DNA of 63,193 nucleotides, filler included, from Hausera hauseri (GCA_046269625.1; 11 parts of 11 records of this genome joined end to end with filler, not necessarily neighbours in it), one strand, 5' to 3'. Positions 1 to 12,956 are shown, numbered from the whole stretch's first letter. The notes: generated by a model from the letters alone, not told the origin. Program-made: numbers and translations.

Positions 1-84
1 TAGAAGATTCCATATCAATATATATTTGTTTATATAATTGACATTATTCAAACAAATTATCCCATATTTTCTAACTTAGTCAAA

Positions 85-165
85 TTAACTTTCGCTTTAA
101 CGTATCAATTTAATTAATGGGATGGGTAGGGGATTTGCTCCAGAACTCTCATTTTTCCACTACTA
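85..165. repeat. Dispersed repeat end (probable MITE terminus ...CCACTACT), copy 1
   Basis: Similar to 4985-5066 (atcaatt..aa..gg.tgggtagg...ctcatttt.ccactact). Confidence 0.55.
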
Positions 166-1439
166 TTAATAATAAGAAATATTTTTGCCGAGGATGACAA
201 AATAACATATTTGGCGACTTAAAATGTAACAGCATTTCGCATTTGCTCGAATCCCACCACTGTCTTTAGGAATTTTGAACTTTAATAAAATTTCATTACT
301 TTTCTCGAGCCAATTTTCTTTTATTTGATTTTTAGTGTTTCCTTTATGTTCTGACGAAATAAAAAATCCGAGTCTGTGGTCAGTCATGTAATATCCTAAA
401 TTTATACACGATAGAATACGCTATTATTAATTAAAGCAATACATTTTAGATTGACAGAACATCAATAAAACACTAAATAGAATAATAAAAACGTTACCTC
501 GAGAAAAGGAACGAAAACGCTGTCAAATTTCAAAATTCGTAAACAGTTGGGATTTGAACAATTGCGAAATGTTGTTACATTTAAAGTCCCCAATTGCGTT
601 ATTTTGGGTTTGTCTGCAAATTTTTCTTTTATATTGTTAATCATCAATATATCTTGCACATCTTGCCTATTTGTTAAAAATATCCCAGATTTAAAGTAAA
701 ATTCATTTCGTTTTAAGATATTTTCTAACAACACAAACAACGTTTAGAACTGATTAAAAAATTATATTGTCCATTAATATAATCTTAAAATAACGTGTAA
801 ATTTATGCGATTATATATTTAAAAATTGTGAAGTGATACTGTTGACGTACAGGATTAATCAAATCGTTAAATAATTCCTGAAAATTTTAAACATACGAAA
901 AAGAAACATAAGTAAATAATTCAACTCAATCTACATAAGAAACCAGAATATATTCAAACACATAGTATGACAAATAATCAAATGATTCAGGAAACGTCTT
1001 TTTTCAGATCATACCACTTGACCGTACAAGATATTTTGTTTGACTCTTACAAACATCGCACTGCTGAACGCTATGACAAGGAACTACAAACAAATCCAAC
1101 TTTATTAAATAGTAATATATATATATATATTTCAGTTTCAACACAAAATGTGAAAGCCATCTGGACCGTGTTTAGATTCATTGCAAAAACTAAATTTAGA
1201 GTTCATACTGATATTTATCTAACTATATCAGTTACACTACCTTCTGAGACACATGCTATCAAATTTACGGTAACCCGTCAAATGCGCGCTGACAAAAAAG
1301 TTCCGATAAAACGTGTAATAATTACTTCAAATCTATTAATGGTTTTTAATAAACATACATAAGTTTACGGAGTAATAATGAAATTTAAATTTATTTTATC
1401 ATGGGATAATTAAAAAAATAATTTTATTGCAAAATAATT

Positions 1440-2328
1440 TTAACTTTCGTCAAGTGGAGTGTGTAAACATTTCTGGTTGTTCAAATTAAAATTTATGGCT
1501 CCAATCCTTCGGAAGCAAGTTCCGCGTGGAGTATTTCCACAAAGAAAGTCAGTGGTCAGTTCCTAAAGTTCGCAGTAGTCGTCTCTTGGCTGCAGTGTAT
1601 GAAGGTGATTTACTCCAAACTCGATTGCATTGTTTCTCCATGGAGCTGAAATTAGCCTTGATAATTTGGGCCAGTAATTCTGGAAATGACCAAATAATTC
1701 GATGTTGTCAGATTTGCTAATATCAGATAGACTTAAGATATGTTGCAGAACAATTTCAGACATGTGATGAAGGCACGGCAAGTGGAGAAGATCATGATCA
1801 AACTCTGCTTCCAGCAGTACGCATGCGCCATCTTTTGATCCAGTGTTTAAAGCGGTAATGTTAAAACACAGATCTTTGATCCAATTACGCAATTTCCAGT
1901 CATCAACCGTGATGAGTATTTCCTGTGACATTGCTGCTGCTGTTCCATTGACAAATTTTGGTACTACAAGCAACTTTACAACATCAAAATCGGACACTAG
2001 TATCGACAGACGTTCCACTTTTTATAGGAAGATAACACAATCTTCTATGATCTTACCACCTCTATGTAACATTTGAAGAAAATACGTCTATGATCTCTTT
2101 GGCTAGTAATTGAAGACTTTTAATCCTTGCTCGACGGACAGAACTGTAACTTGTGGCCAGATTACCAACGACACCGTCACCCTTGTAAGTAGAAGCCACT
2201 GCAGTCAGAATGTGGGCAGCTCTACGATCACTGATGTTCGTTCGAGTAATGCAGCAGCATGCATACTAACCATTGACAGTTTGCCAGACACGGACTTGCT
2301 GAAATTTGATGACACTGTACCTCTAGAA
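1440..2328 (-). pseudogene. Degenerate hAT-superfamily (hATm-like) transposase fragment
   Basis: ORF 1563-2018 has LLVVP..NGT, W.L...I..LCF..TA.NTG...GAC.LLE...LL.L.C.HH..E.VL motifs; interrupted by the element starting at 2329. Confidence 0.7.
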
Positions 2329-4235
2329 CAGTGCTTTCCAACCGTGGTCCACAGAGAATCTCAGGGGATCCACGAAAGATTTTTTTAAATGTTTAAAAAT
2401 ATTAGGGTTTTGAGAACGTAAATTTGATGGGAAGTTAAACTGAGCAATCCCTAAATTTCAAATTTCGCGATCGCTTTGCTCGTGTATATATCAAATTTTG
2501 AACTCGATTCCTGGTGATTAAAAAAGTGGTGTTTATTTTTGGTAAATATGTCGGTTTATCTGATATTGGCTATTTAATCAATAAATTTTGCATACATCAG
2601 ATGAATACCTCAGCATTTTCAAAGTCAGCTTCAACTTCCTCGGCAGTAGCAAAGAAACGTAAGTATCAGGCTGATTACTTGAGATTTGGTTTCATTGAAT
2701 TTGAGAAAGATAATTCGCTTCCTCTCTGCTTGGTTTGTTTCGTTGTTTTGACTAATGATTCAATAAAGCTAGCGAAACTGAAGCTGCATTTGGAAAAGAA
2801 ACATCCCGGCCTTAAAGACAAGTCGAAAGAATATTTTGAAGCTTTGTTATCAGCTCATCAGAAACAATCCAGTAAAATGAAGAAATTTACGTCAACATCT
2901 CAGCAAGCTCAGATCGCAAGTTTCAAGATTGCTCAACTGTTGGCGAAGAAGAAGAAATCTCATGCAACAGCCGAGGAGATTGTCTTGCCGGCGTTAAAGA
3001 TTGCTGCTGAGTGCATGCTATCAAACGAAGCTGTTGAGAAATTCAAGACAATCCCTTTGTCAAGCCAAACGATCACAAGAAGAATCCAGGAAATGTCCAA
3101 TGATATCAAGACTCAATTAGTAGAAAACTTTGTCGATGGTGGAGCGATCAAACTTTGGGCTATCCAGGTCGACGAGAGTACTGACATCAGTGGAAAGGCG
3201 CAGCTTTTGTCATTCATTCGATTTGTCAAAGACGGAAGAATCATCAGCGAGTTTTTCTTCTGCTGTGAGCTGAAACAGACGACTACAGGCAAAGATATTT
3301 TCAGTCTCGTAAATGATAACGTCAAGGATTTTGGATTAAAGTGGGAAAATTGTGTCGGCGTATGCACTGATGGAGCTCCTTCGATGCAAGGTCGAAACAA
3401 AGGTTTCATCTCGTATGTCTGCCAACAAAATAAGAACGTCAAGATTGTCCACTGTATGATCCACCGAGAAGTTCTTGCCGCCAAATCCCTTCCTCCAGAA
3501 CTTCTGACGATTCTCGATGAAGTTGTAAAAGTTGTCAACAAAATAAAAGCGAATCCGCTGAGATCAAGACTTTTCGCTGCACTCTGCGACGCAATGGATT
3601 CGGGTTACCGAGGCCTATTATACCACACAGAAGTCCGCTGGCTTTCAAAAGGAAAGGTTCTCAACCGCTTTGTTCACATGAAGGTTGAAGTAATTTCCTT
3701 CACCAACTCAGAAGACATAAAATTTGATTTCTTGGAAGACGACATTTGGTGGCTGAAAGTCTCTTTTTTGAGCGATCACTTTGATAATCTCAACGCAGTC
3801 AACTTGGGTTTGCAAGCAGCTAACGAAAATTTCATGTGTCTTATGGGAAAATTGCAATCATTTCAAGAACAGATTGTGCTGTGGAAACGAAAAGTGATGA
3901 ACAAAAACTTCAAATCTTTTCTTACAGTTGATGAGAATCCTTTGAAAGCAGAGATCAAGAATGTGATTGAAGATACACTGAAACGCATTTTTGATTCATT
4001 CAAAAAATATTTTCCTGATCAGGATGTGTCTGGAACGGAATGGGTTTTAAACCCATTTATTGTATGTGACACCAATCTGAAACCAGAAGTCAAGGAAAAT
4101 TTGATAGACCTACGAAACGACGTCGTCTTTAAAAATTTGTTTTCTGAAAAAGAGCTCTCTGAATTTTGGATCTTGTTGCATGAACAATATCCCCTGCTTG
4201 CAAAAGAAGCATTTAGCTTCTTGTTACCGTTCTGC
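2329..4235 (+). mobile_element. hAT Buster/Charlie-like DNA transposon, 3' truncated
   Basis: Left TIR CAGTGCTTTCCAACC at 2329 preceded by CTCTAGAA (NTCTAGAN-type target); no right TIR seen. Confidence 0.85.
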
Positions 4236-4271
4236 TACTTTGAACTTATAGCTAATCTTGTAAGATTCTAA
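2601..4271 (+). CDS. Buster/ZBED5-like transposase lacking the end of the dimerization domain
   Basis: RKY..DYLRFGF, P.C.VC, LKLHL..KHP (BED-like), DESTD, CTDGA, HCMIHRE, HTEVRWLS.G; breaks off after LLPF where STYLCE is expected. Confidence 0.9.
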   Translation: MNTSAFSKSASTSSAVAKKRKYQADYLRFGFIEFEKDNSLPLCLVCFVVLTNDSIKLAKLKLHLEKKHPGLKDKSKEYFEALLSAHQKQSSKMKKFTSTSQQAQIASFKIAQLLAKKKKSHATAEEIVLPALKIAAECMLSNEAVEKFKTIPLSSQTITRRIQEMSNDIKTQLVENFVDGGAIKLWAIQVDESTDISGKAQLLSFIRFVKDGRIISEFFFCCELKQTTTGKDIFSLVNDNVKDFGLKWENCVGVCTDGAPSMQGRNKGFISYVCQQNKNVKIVHCMIHREVLAAKSLPPELLTILDEVVKVVNKIKANPLRSRLFAALCDAMDSGYRGLLYHTEVRWLSKGKVLNRFVHMKVEVISFTNSEDIKFDFLEDDIWWLKVSFLSDHFDNLNAVNLGLQAANENFMCLMGKLQSFQEQIVLWKRKVMNKNFKSFLTVDENPLKAEIKNVIEDTLKRIFDSFKKYFPDQDVSGTEWVLNPFIVCDTNLKPEVKENLIDLRNDVVFKNLFSEKELSEFWILLHEQYPLLAKEAFSFLLPFCYFELIANLVRF

Positions 4272-4337
4272 CTAGCTACTTTTAGCTATCATGACAGTAT
4301 GTTTGGGGGGCTTTAGTCGGTGCCCTGTTTCTTTTAG

Positions 4338-4474
4338 CTTTAGCTTCATCTTCTCCAACTGGCTGATGATGTACCTGAGCGATGAAGAACTCAAGTCCTG
4401 TTTAGAGAAAATGCTGAGCTGGCTGAAGCCCGGTGGTTTTCTCTTCTTCAGAGAGTCCTGCAACCACCGCTCAG
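4338..4474 (+). CDS. PMT: Isolated exon of phosphoethanolamine N-methyltransferase (vertebrate/fish-like composition)
   Basis: [16 protein letters not shown]...[22 protein letters not shown], bounded by ttttag| and |gtactg; GC3-rich codons. Confidence 0.85.
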
Positions 4475-4815
4475 GTACTGAGTAAACAGGAAACTTTTCT
4501 GAACATTAATCGGTCACTTGAACGGAATAGTCATACGGTAAATTATTACTGTAATTCTTTATATGGCAGCTGCGTCGAAAATCGCGTCACTAATGTCGGA
4601 AGCTTACTGAACTGGACTTGGAGTTTTATATCACGGGGTAGTCGTTTCACGTGGAATTGTATTGCGGTATTAACATTGATATAGTACGGCAATGATGGCT
4701 GTATTAACAAGCAAGATTACTTTGAAAGGTAGCATAATTTTCTTTATCAATAAATTGTAGTAAAAAATGTATGTCCCGTAGTCTAATATAAGAAAATGAT
4801 ATAGTGCTTTTCTGT

Positions 4816-4915
4816 NNNNNNNNNNNNNNNNNNNNNNNNNNNNNNNNNNNNNNNNNNNNTTAATTAATTAANNNNNNNNNNNNNNNNNNNNNNNNNNNNN
4901 NNNNNNNNNNNNNNN
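4816..4915. other. Artificial contig linker (44N-TTAATTAATTAA-44N); same linker at 13656, 19174, 23516, 27848, 33985, 41642, 47141, 52369, 58991
   Basis: Identical 100-bp structure ten times; the core puts stop codons in all six frames. Confidence 0.97.
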
Positions 4916-4984
4916 TGAATTTCCTGACTTTATATTGGCTCTTTATTGATTTAACTTTGAATTAAATTTAAACATTAATATTCG

Positions 4985-5066
4985 TTTAAATTTCTCCTCA
5001 CAGCATCAATTCAAATAAATCGAGGGTGGGGTAGGTTTTTTGCCAAGACTCATTTTACCACTACTG
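4985..5066. repeat. Dispersed repeat end, copy 2 (ends CCACTACTG)
   Basis: Similar to 85-165. Confidence 0.55.
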
Positions 5067-5819
5067 TAGTGATTATGATATGCCGGGGATTTGGGTTATT
5101 AAGGGCCGGATTTGCCAGATTTTGGCTAACATTCATCTTTGGATGTATAATCATAGATTTACGCAATAGAAAAGAAAAACTGACAGACATATTTAAAAAA
5201 TTGATTTATAATCACAATTGTCAAATTTGTATTCTTGTATAAATCTCAGCAATTAAAGGATTCTTTTTCCTGAAGTCTTTTTATTCCGAAAAATGTGTGG
5301 GACAAAAATTCCTTTTGGGGATATATATGCAGTGATGCCATTCAACTCGACTTATTTTGGTCGAGAATGGCACCTTGAAGTCAGTATAATTTATTTGAAA
5401 TCAGATTATATTGTTGAAATCCATTTAAGTTCGATACCAAATCCAGCACTACATTGGTGTCAGAAGCACTGCGGCACATACAGTCCAGGGTCGGCTGTGG
5501 TTCATCTGGAATTCCAACAACAAACGAACTATGTAAGTTCGATTATTGTTACTAAAGCACCCGGCAGCATTTTTATGGCAGTTTTTTTATCTGTCATCAC
5601 TTTTGAGGCTTTATAATAAATTCAATATGTTCTGTTGCGTATATTTTTCCTGTATCAGTCATTTGGAAGTATTTTTGGTATTTTTTATTGTACGTAAGTT
5701 TTAAATCCAACAGTCGTCTGTGTAAAGTTTTTAGAAATATAATGCATCTCGTGTTCAGCAATACTAACGATAGTCTCGAAATTTCTCTTTATCGAACCCC
5801 ATTCGAAATCTCTTAAAAT

Positions 5820-6610
5820 TCAATTGTTTTGCAGCAGACATTAAGTGAAATTGGCAACGTTGGTAATGATACCTATAAAGCGTTGGAAAAGACGTTTGAT
5901 GTCAAATACATAAGGCATTACCGGAATTCTGTTGTACAAGTGAGACAGGAAATGGCTCATAAGAAAACTATGTTATACATGGAAAGAATTATTATTCGTC
6001 ATCAGGCACAGAGATCGTACAAATAATAAAAAACTTAATATTGGAATTAACATTTTCTTTGAAAATAAATCCAATGCCGTAACGTTAATGCAGTTTCTAC
6101 AAAATCATTTGTCATTAAAATATTCAAAGTCGAAATAATTGGAATCACCAATATGTACAATCACAAAAGTACGTACTCTGTCGAAATTCCGGCAGTTCAT
6201 AAAGATGATCTAGTTTGTTTAACGAAGACTTGTACCCAACAAATAGGCATTTTGGATCTATTGTGTCTTACGTTGAGAATTGCCAATCAAAACCATTTGA
6301 TTGATCTGTTAAGGGCAAAAATTCGATACATTGATGCGACCGCCTATATCAACAACCATTTTTCTGCCAGTGCACCAACTCGTAATTTAACTGAATTTCT
6401 CGTCCATAACGTTGCACTCTTCCCACCACAAAAATCCAAACAGGGTGATTGTCGTGTGTCAAAAGATCATTCATTGTCTGATCCACACGTTTTACGATCA
6501 ACTGGTATGCAAAAGGAAATTCAAATTACATTACATTTAAGAAAGCTCTTAAAGCTCGGTAGCTTGTTTATGAGATATGACTTGCGTTGTTTTACTGCAA
6601 CAATGACGTT
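5820..6610 (+). pseudogene. NMD3: NMD3 (60S export adaptor) fragment with stops and frameshifts
   Basis: VVQVRQ...HKKT.LY.E.II, YN.KSTYSVEI..V.KDDLV.L, THL-like ITLHLRKLLK.G. Confidence 0.8.
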
Positions 6611-7410
6611 CTTGACGGCATAAGACTGTCTTGCTGCTATGTCGGTATGATGTTCATTAGTTTCTATTGGCATCTTGAAGACTACAGGAGCTGCTCTACT
6701 AACTTTTTGCACTGGGGAGAGCCAAATACATGGTACGGTGTATCTAGCGAGAATGTCGATCAATTTGAAGTAGCAATGCCAAAGCAGGCACCAAAATTTT
6801 TCGAGAATCACGAAACTTTATGTCATTACATTACGACTATCATGAACACTAATATTCCAATGTTGGAAGGTTTTCCTATCTATCACACTAATCAACAAAC
6901 TGGACAGCTTGTCGCCACATTTCCTCAGGTTTATCATACTAGGTTTCACCAGGCTTTTAATTTTGATAAACCCACAAATTTCAGCCTTACAAATTGGCTA
7001 CCAATGGTGCGGTCCTGTGTTGAACAACTTGTTAGACTTCACCAACACTGTATCATCTCATATGAAGAATGGTTGTGCACCAAAACTGAGTAAGAAACGC
7101 CACCTAACGGTCAAGTACGGCACAAATATTCTCTACCGTCTGACCTCAACATCAATCGTACCTATACATATTTGAACGCTAACATTCGTTGGACAGTGTA
7201 TGCAGAACATGATATCTTCGTGGAGGAAGAGAACGTGAAAAGACCACGCCTAGCTAAATTCAATATGAAGAACCAAAGAAAAGTACTCCTTGAAAATTTG
7301 GCAGACAACGAGCAAGCCTGTGCATCATATCAAACAACATGTTTTCTATCAGCGATTCAATATTGCTGTACCAAGGACAAAACGAAGGTAACAAAGGCTT
7401 GCTATGCATA
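6611..7410 (+). pseudogene. KDM5: KDM5/JARID1 fragment (JmjC to C5HC2 zinc finger)
   Basis: YVGM.F.SF.WH.ED....NFLHWGEP.TWYGV, G..V.TFP..YH..F..FNF, L.D.E..C....TTCFLSA; possible decayed intron starting GTAAGA at about 7090. Confidence 0.85.
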
Positions 7411-7616
7411 AGAAAGACATAGTCTGGTTTATTTGCAATATGTTGATGTAATGTTTTCTACCTTTGTACCCGAAACATGCGTAACGTCTGTGGATAAATC
7501 CAAAAAGACTATCAAAAACACTTGGCCAAAAATTTTAATACAAAATTCGATCATCCGAAAGATATATTAAATAATCAAAATTCGGCGCCGATTTTTACCA
7601 GGCAATCGAATGCCAC

Positions 7617-7975
7617 TGTGACGGTTGGGTTCTGCGACAGAGATGCCTTTACCCCGGTGTTTCGTCGCAGTTGCAGCGTGACCGAGGCACTGACTGTTCA
7701 CCCAACGGCCGTGGAGCAGGCGGCACAACGCTCGGGGTTACCACGCCACGCCTTAGGCACTCACTCGCCCACTGTCTTTTCATTTTTCTTCCAGAACAAA
7801 TATATACACATATATTACATGCACACAAACCGCACTACACCATCTGTATTCTCTTGTCACAAAGAACCTTTCCTTCAAAAACTTCTTGCATCTCAACGGT
7901 TTCATTCTTCAACCCACAGACGACTCACCATATACCACGTGTTTCCAATCTTCTCTTCACATAATAACCGTAACA
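7617..7975 (+). repeat. Probable 5' LTR (or its R/U5 part) of gypsy element 1
   Basis: TGTGACGGTT...AACCGTAACA terminal inverted repeat (9/10); followed by a PBS-like motif and gag. Confidence 0.65.
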
Positions 7976-7986
7976 CCTCGCCTTCT

Positions 7987-8004
7987 TGGTGATTCTGACA
8001 TTAA
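7987..8004 (+). promoter_or_regulatory. Degenerate primer binding site, tRNA-Trp-like
   Basis: TGGTGATTCTGACATTAA resembles the tRNA-Trp PBS TGGTGACCCCGACGTGAT; correct position between LTR and gag. Confidence 0.5.
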
Positions 8005-11000
8005 TCCAGATACTTAGGAGCATAAAAAGCTTCACTCATACACAGTCATAGTAGCAAAATCACCTTCCAACTCCTCGACATTCCAGTGTATCGATTTTTT
8101 TGGACAGCCAAAACTCCCCACGGACTTGGCTGGACTTGCATGCTCGTTGGCTAAAAGCGCACAATCTGACATATTCTTTCTTAAAACACAATAGTCTTAT
8201 TATTTACATTCCTTCTTCTTTAAGATTACGTTTACCAAATCTTGCTGATATCTTTGCTGCAGGGGACCTTTATAACTCCTTTACGCCGCAGTTCTAAAGC
8301 TTACTAAACCAACTATCGATGAAATAATTCAAAATTTCTTTAATGAAAACGCATTAGGTCACACCAAACCGTCCGAATTTCTTCGCACATCCCTTTTACT
8401 CTCGTCACTCTGTGTGTAACTCATGACCACAATGCTGATCGCTTACGTCACTACTTTCTCCAATTCCTGCCGAAAGAGATCAAGACCATGCTTACTGTCG
8501 TTGAGAACATTGCCTCGCTGTAAAAATTAGCCCAATTGGCTGATATAAGCTTTGATATACTACATACCCAAAACTGACCCAGCATTGCGGCAGCACTCAC
8601 AACATCAACAACTTACAATCAACATACAATATGGAATATTGACAATCAGCTGCAATCATTATACGCCGAAAACGTTGCATTAAGGCAAGCTATTACAGCA
8701 ATAACAGAGAAACTGAATCAAGTTACAATGCCGCGCAGATCTTTTTCTGGTAATCGACAACTCCCCACCAGATAAAATGGTTCTTCGCGCAACAGTTCTC
8801 CTGTATACGAACAGATCTGTTTTTTTTATTCCAAATTTAAACAACCCGCCAATAAATGAGGCATAGGATGCAGATTTTATATTCAAAACTTTGCATCAAA
8901 TGAAGTCGTCTGCGTTTCTCACAATAAATTTCGCGACAACGCTCGAAAAAGCCTACTAGGCTGTAAATTTTACAATTCTTCGGCTCAGTTAAACTTACCA
9001 ACGCATTCAAAAAACTAACAATATCATCAGAAGTAACGGCAACTTCTGGTCAAAACGCAAACGCTTCATTAAACATCCGTAACGCATTCTTTGCTGTCTT
9101 TACACTGCAAGCTACCATTACGTCCAAAAGTTCTTCCATCTCCTTTCTCACTGACAGTGGAGCTGTAGTGTCACTTCTTCCTATTTCTTATGAATCGCAA
9201 AATTTTCCTTCAATCAGTAAATCATTATTTATTGCCAATGATGATCCGTTGCGCTCCATTGGCACGGAACATCTCTCTTTTTCTCTGTCCAATTTTTCCA
9301 AACCTTTTTCTTAGAAATTCATTATAGCAAATGTACAAAGTCCAATCCTTGGATCCGATTTTCTTTCACACTACAATTTGTTAGTTGATTGCAGACGGCG
9401 TCGTTTGATGGAGAGCTCATACTTTTGCTCTAAAGTTTTACCGGCTTCGAATATTTTGAACTCAATTTCATCAGAAAGCCATTTTGCGATTGACAACGAT
9501 TTAACTCAATCAATTACTAAACCTGACATAAAATCAATTTTAAAAAGTGTCAATGTTCGGAATAATTCATATAATCGGATTTCGACTGTTGAGAGTGGCT
9601 AGTCTTTCGCTTCCAATAATATAACACCAAACCAAACCACCTCAGCCACTGACAAACATGTGTCAACATCCCATTTATCTTTCGGCCAATTATCAATGGA
9701 TCTGCAAACATTTGTGACTACGCAATGTCCAAGAATTCTCAAAAAAGACCCATGCTTTAAATATCCCTCCAAAACATTTCACCAGTTACCACTCATCAAC
9801 GTCCAATTCGGCAAAAAGTGTGACCTCTTTCACCACGTCGAAGAAAAGCCGTTTCAAACTTTAGAGAACGCTGGTATCATCAGACGTTCTAAGTCACCTT
9901 GGGCTTCACCGTTACACGTCGTGCCCAAAAAGGACGGCACTTTCAGATCTTGTGGTGACAATCGCCAACTAAACACTAACGATCATGGACGCATACCCCC
10001 TGCCACTGATCAATGGCATATTGCACAGACTCCATGGCAAAATAATCTTTTCGTCCATCGATCTCCACAAGGCATATTACCAAATTCCAGTCTCTCCCGC
10101 TGACATACCGAAAACGGCTGTGATAAAACCTTTCGGCATTTTTGAATATGTTTACATGCATTTTGGCCTTCGCAGTGCCTTACAGACATTCCAAAGGCAC
10201 ATTGACACAGTTCTGGCTGGCCTAGACTTTGCTTTCTCATATATAGACGACATTCTAATCGCTTCATCATTATCCAAACAGCATGGAGAACATTTGCGAA
10301 TAATCTTCCAGCGCCTGCACCAGAACAACCTTAAAGTAAACTTCGCCAAATCCTCTTTTTTCCAACATAAGATCAACTTTCTTGGACATATTATCATCCA
10401 ATCTGGCCACTCTCCCCAGCAAGACCGCATCACTCATCTCAGAAATGTCCATTTACCACGCACATCAACAGAAATGCGCTCTTTTCTCGGGACGCTTCAC
10501 CTCGTGCACAAATATGTGCCTCACTGTTCAACACTCACGGCACCATTCGCCTCACTCGGCTCCGGTAAAAAGAAACAGCTGACTTAGTCAATTCTTTTGA
10601 ATACCTCAAAGATAATCTAAAAACTAGAAATCCTTGCATACCTTGGTCCAAACTCGGAACTTTTCTTAACAACGGACGCCTCCACAACAGCAGCAGGTGC
10701 AATATTGAATCAATTTAAAGACGGTTCTCATCAACCTCTTGAATTTTTCTCAAGACAATTCACAAAAGTTAAACAACGTTATTCAACTTTAATAGGAAAC
10801 TTCTTGCAATGGTCCTAGCATTAAAACATTTTAAACATCTGCTAATATCACGCACATTCATCATCCAAACGGACCATAAGTCCCTACTTCATATTCTCAC
10901 AATGAAATCTCCATCTCCACGTCAGGAGAGACAGATATCGTACCTCTCAACATTCGCGTTTGGACTAAAACACATTTCAAGCTTTCATAATTTCGTGGCC

Positions 11001-11982
11001 GATTTTTTGTCGCGTTCCGTCGACTCGATCACATTTGCACCCATTTTTGACAACGAGTTGCTCAGGCGGAACCAGCCAGACGACTGAATCATTGATGGCA
11101 TAGCTTTTGACATTTCTAATCGTGGATCTACCAAAATTATTCAATCAGCTTCTTTGCAAAAAACTGCCTTCACCAATATCCATTCCTGGCATCATCCCGG
11201 ATCCAAAGCTACTTATCGCCTTCTTAAACGCAAATTTATATGGCCATCAATGAAAACAGATGTACAGGATTGGGTTAGGGAGTGTGAGGCATGTCAGAAG
11301 TTTAAAATAGCCAAACATCTTAAGCCTTCACTCTATCATTTTCCCTGCACATCACGTTTCGACACCATCCACATCGACATAGTCGGACCTCTCCCACTTG
11401 ACAACGGCCATGAATTCATTCTTACTATGATGGATCGTGCTTCTAGATGGTCAGAAACCGTTCTACTTTGCTCCACCAACACTGAGACTATTGCAGATGG
11501 CTCAACAGATTCGGCTCACCTAAGCACGGAATCACTGATCAAGGCTCTCAATTTGAGTCGAATCTTTTCAAATCATTAGTAAATCGACTGGGGATCAAGC
11601 ATATTCACACAACACCTTTATCATCCTCAGTCAAATGGACTACTGGAGCGTTTTCATCGCACGATGAAAATCTCCCTTAAAATATTACCAGACTCCAGTC
11701 AACACTGGGTAAATCTTCTTCCTTACGTTCTACTTGGATGGCGTAACACACCATCCACAACCACTGGCTGCTCTCCGTCCGATGCACTCTTTGGTACACG
11801 AGTGCGTGCATTGTTCGAGTTAGTGGAGTGCGATGAAACACCGACTGACGAAACAATCCATGCTGCACAAGAGCACTTTCTGGCCCTAAACAACAATTCA
11901 TTCTGCTGAAACAAGTTTTAATTTTTAAATATTGTTTTTTGTTTCGACTGATATTTATTGAAAATGCGTTTATTGGAGTTAG

Positions 11983-12225
11983 CAGTGGCGGATTGAGGGG
12001 TAGCTGCCCATGGCACAGTAGGCAGTGGTGCCCGGAAAATTAGTTTAACTCACCATTACAGAATGAATAAGAAGCTGAAAATGTTGTTCAAATATGTACC
12101 GATCTATAAACTATAAATATTGATGGTTGCAGTTTGTAGTAATTATGCAGGAATAAACTAGTAATCACCGATGGTACTGGTTGTTATTTCTGTCCAGGAC
12201 AACGATTTCTCTGGATCCGCCTCTG
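11983..12225. mobile_element. hAT-type MITE
   Basis: TIR CAGTGGCGGAT / ATCCGCCTCTG; imperfect 8-bp TSD GGAGTTAG / GGAGTCAT. Confidence 0.75.
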
Positions 12226-12956
12226 GGAGTCATACAGATTTTTGCCTCAGTTTCAGCAGTAGCGTTTTTTTTCAGCAGCATGGGATCTTACCTCCTGTTA
12301 AAAGATGCTCCAAAATGACAATGCTATAAATATCAGTCTAAGCGATTCCAGAGATAGATGGAGATGTAGAGTTAGGGAATGCCACGATGATATTCCTTTG
12401 AGAAAAGATACCACATATTACCGTAAATTTCTGTATCTGAAACTGCGAAATTGATTGTGTAATAAGAATTGGTTAATTACGATATACAGTAAGTTCCCAA
12501 TATGAATCTTCGCCTTTACGGCACTTCTGACATAGGTGGTTCCCAATATAAAATTTTTACAATTTAAAACGGCAGACGATAGATCCGATGAAAAAAAATT
12601 TAAGTCAATTTCCATGGAGGGGGGGGGGTACATTAACTCCATAAACCCCTCTCAGTACAGCACTGGCCAGTATGATGATCAATGTATCACGGCAAGTGCG
12701 TCGTCGCTCTCGTACAACAGAAATATTATTTGCAAAACAAAATATTCCATAATCGTAACAAAAATTCGAAAATTACAATTTCAGAATAAATTGAAAATGT
12801 CCAAGAGGGCATGTTTCATAAAAAAATTAGATCTTATTATTTCACAGACAAGCCAATAAATCTAATACATTCACAGACAACGAAAATAATTGATCAATAT
12901 AGAAAATCATCAAATATTTAAAAAGAACCACCATTAGAATATTCATCAAACAAATT

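Larger units (their letters stand above)
7617..11909 (+). mobile_element. Ty3/gypsy LTR retrotransposon 1 (CsRn1-like), decayed, 3' truncated
   Basis: gag about 8040-9018; protease FLTDSGA about 9145; RT SPWASPLH, DLHKAY, FGL, YIDDIL; RNase H TDAS, TDHK; integrase HHPG...C..C, HIDIVGP. Confidence 0.95.

Noticed and set aside
4860-4871. Recurrent TTAATTAATTAA as a biological motif
   Set aside because: Always centred in 88 Ns; an assembly or concatenation linker
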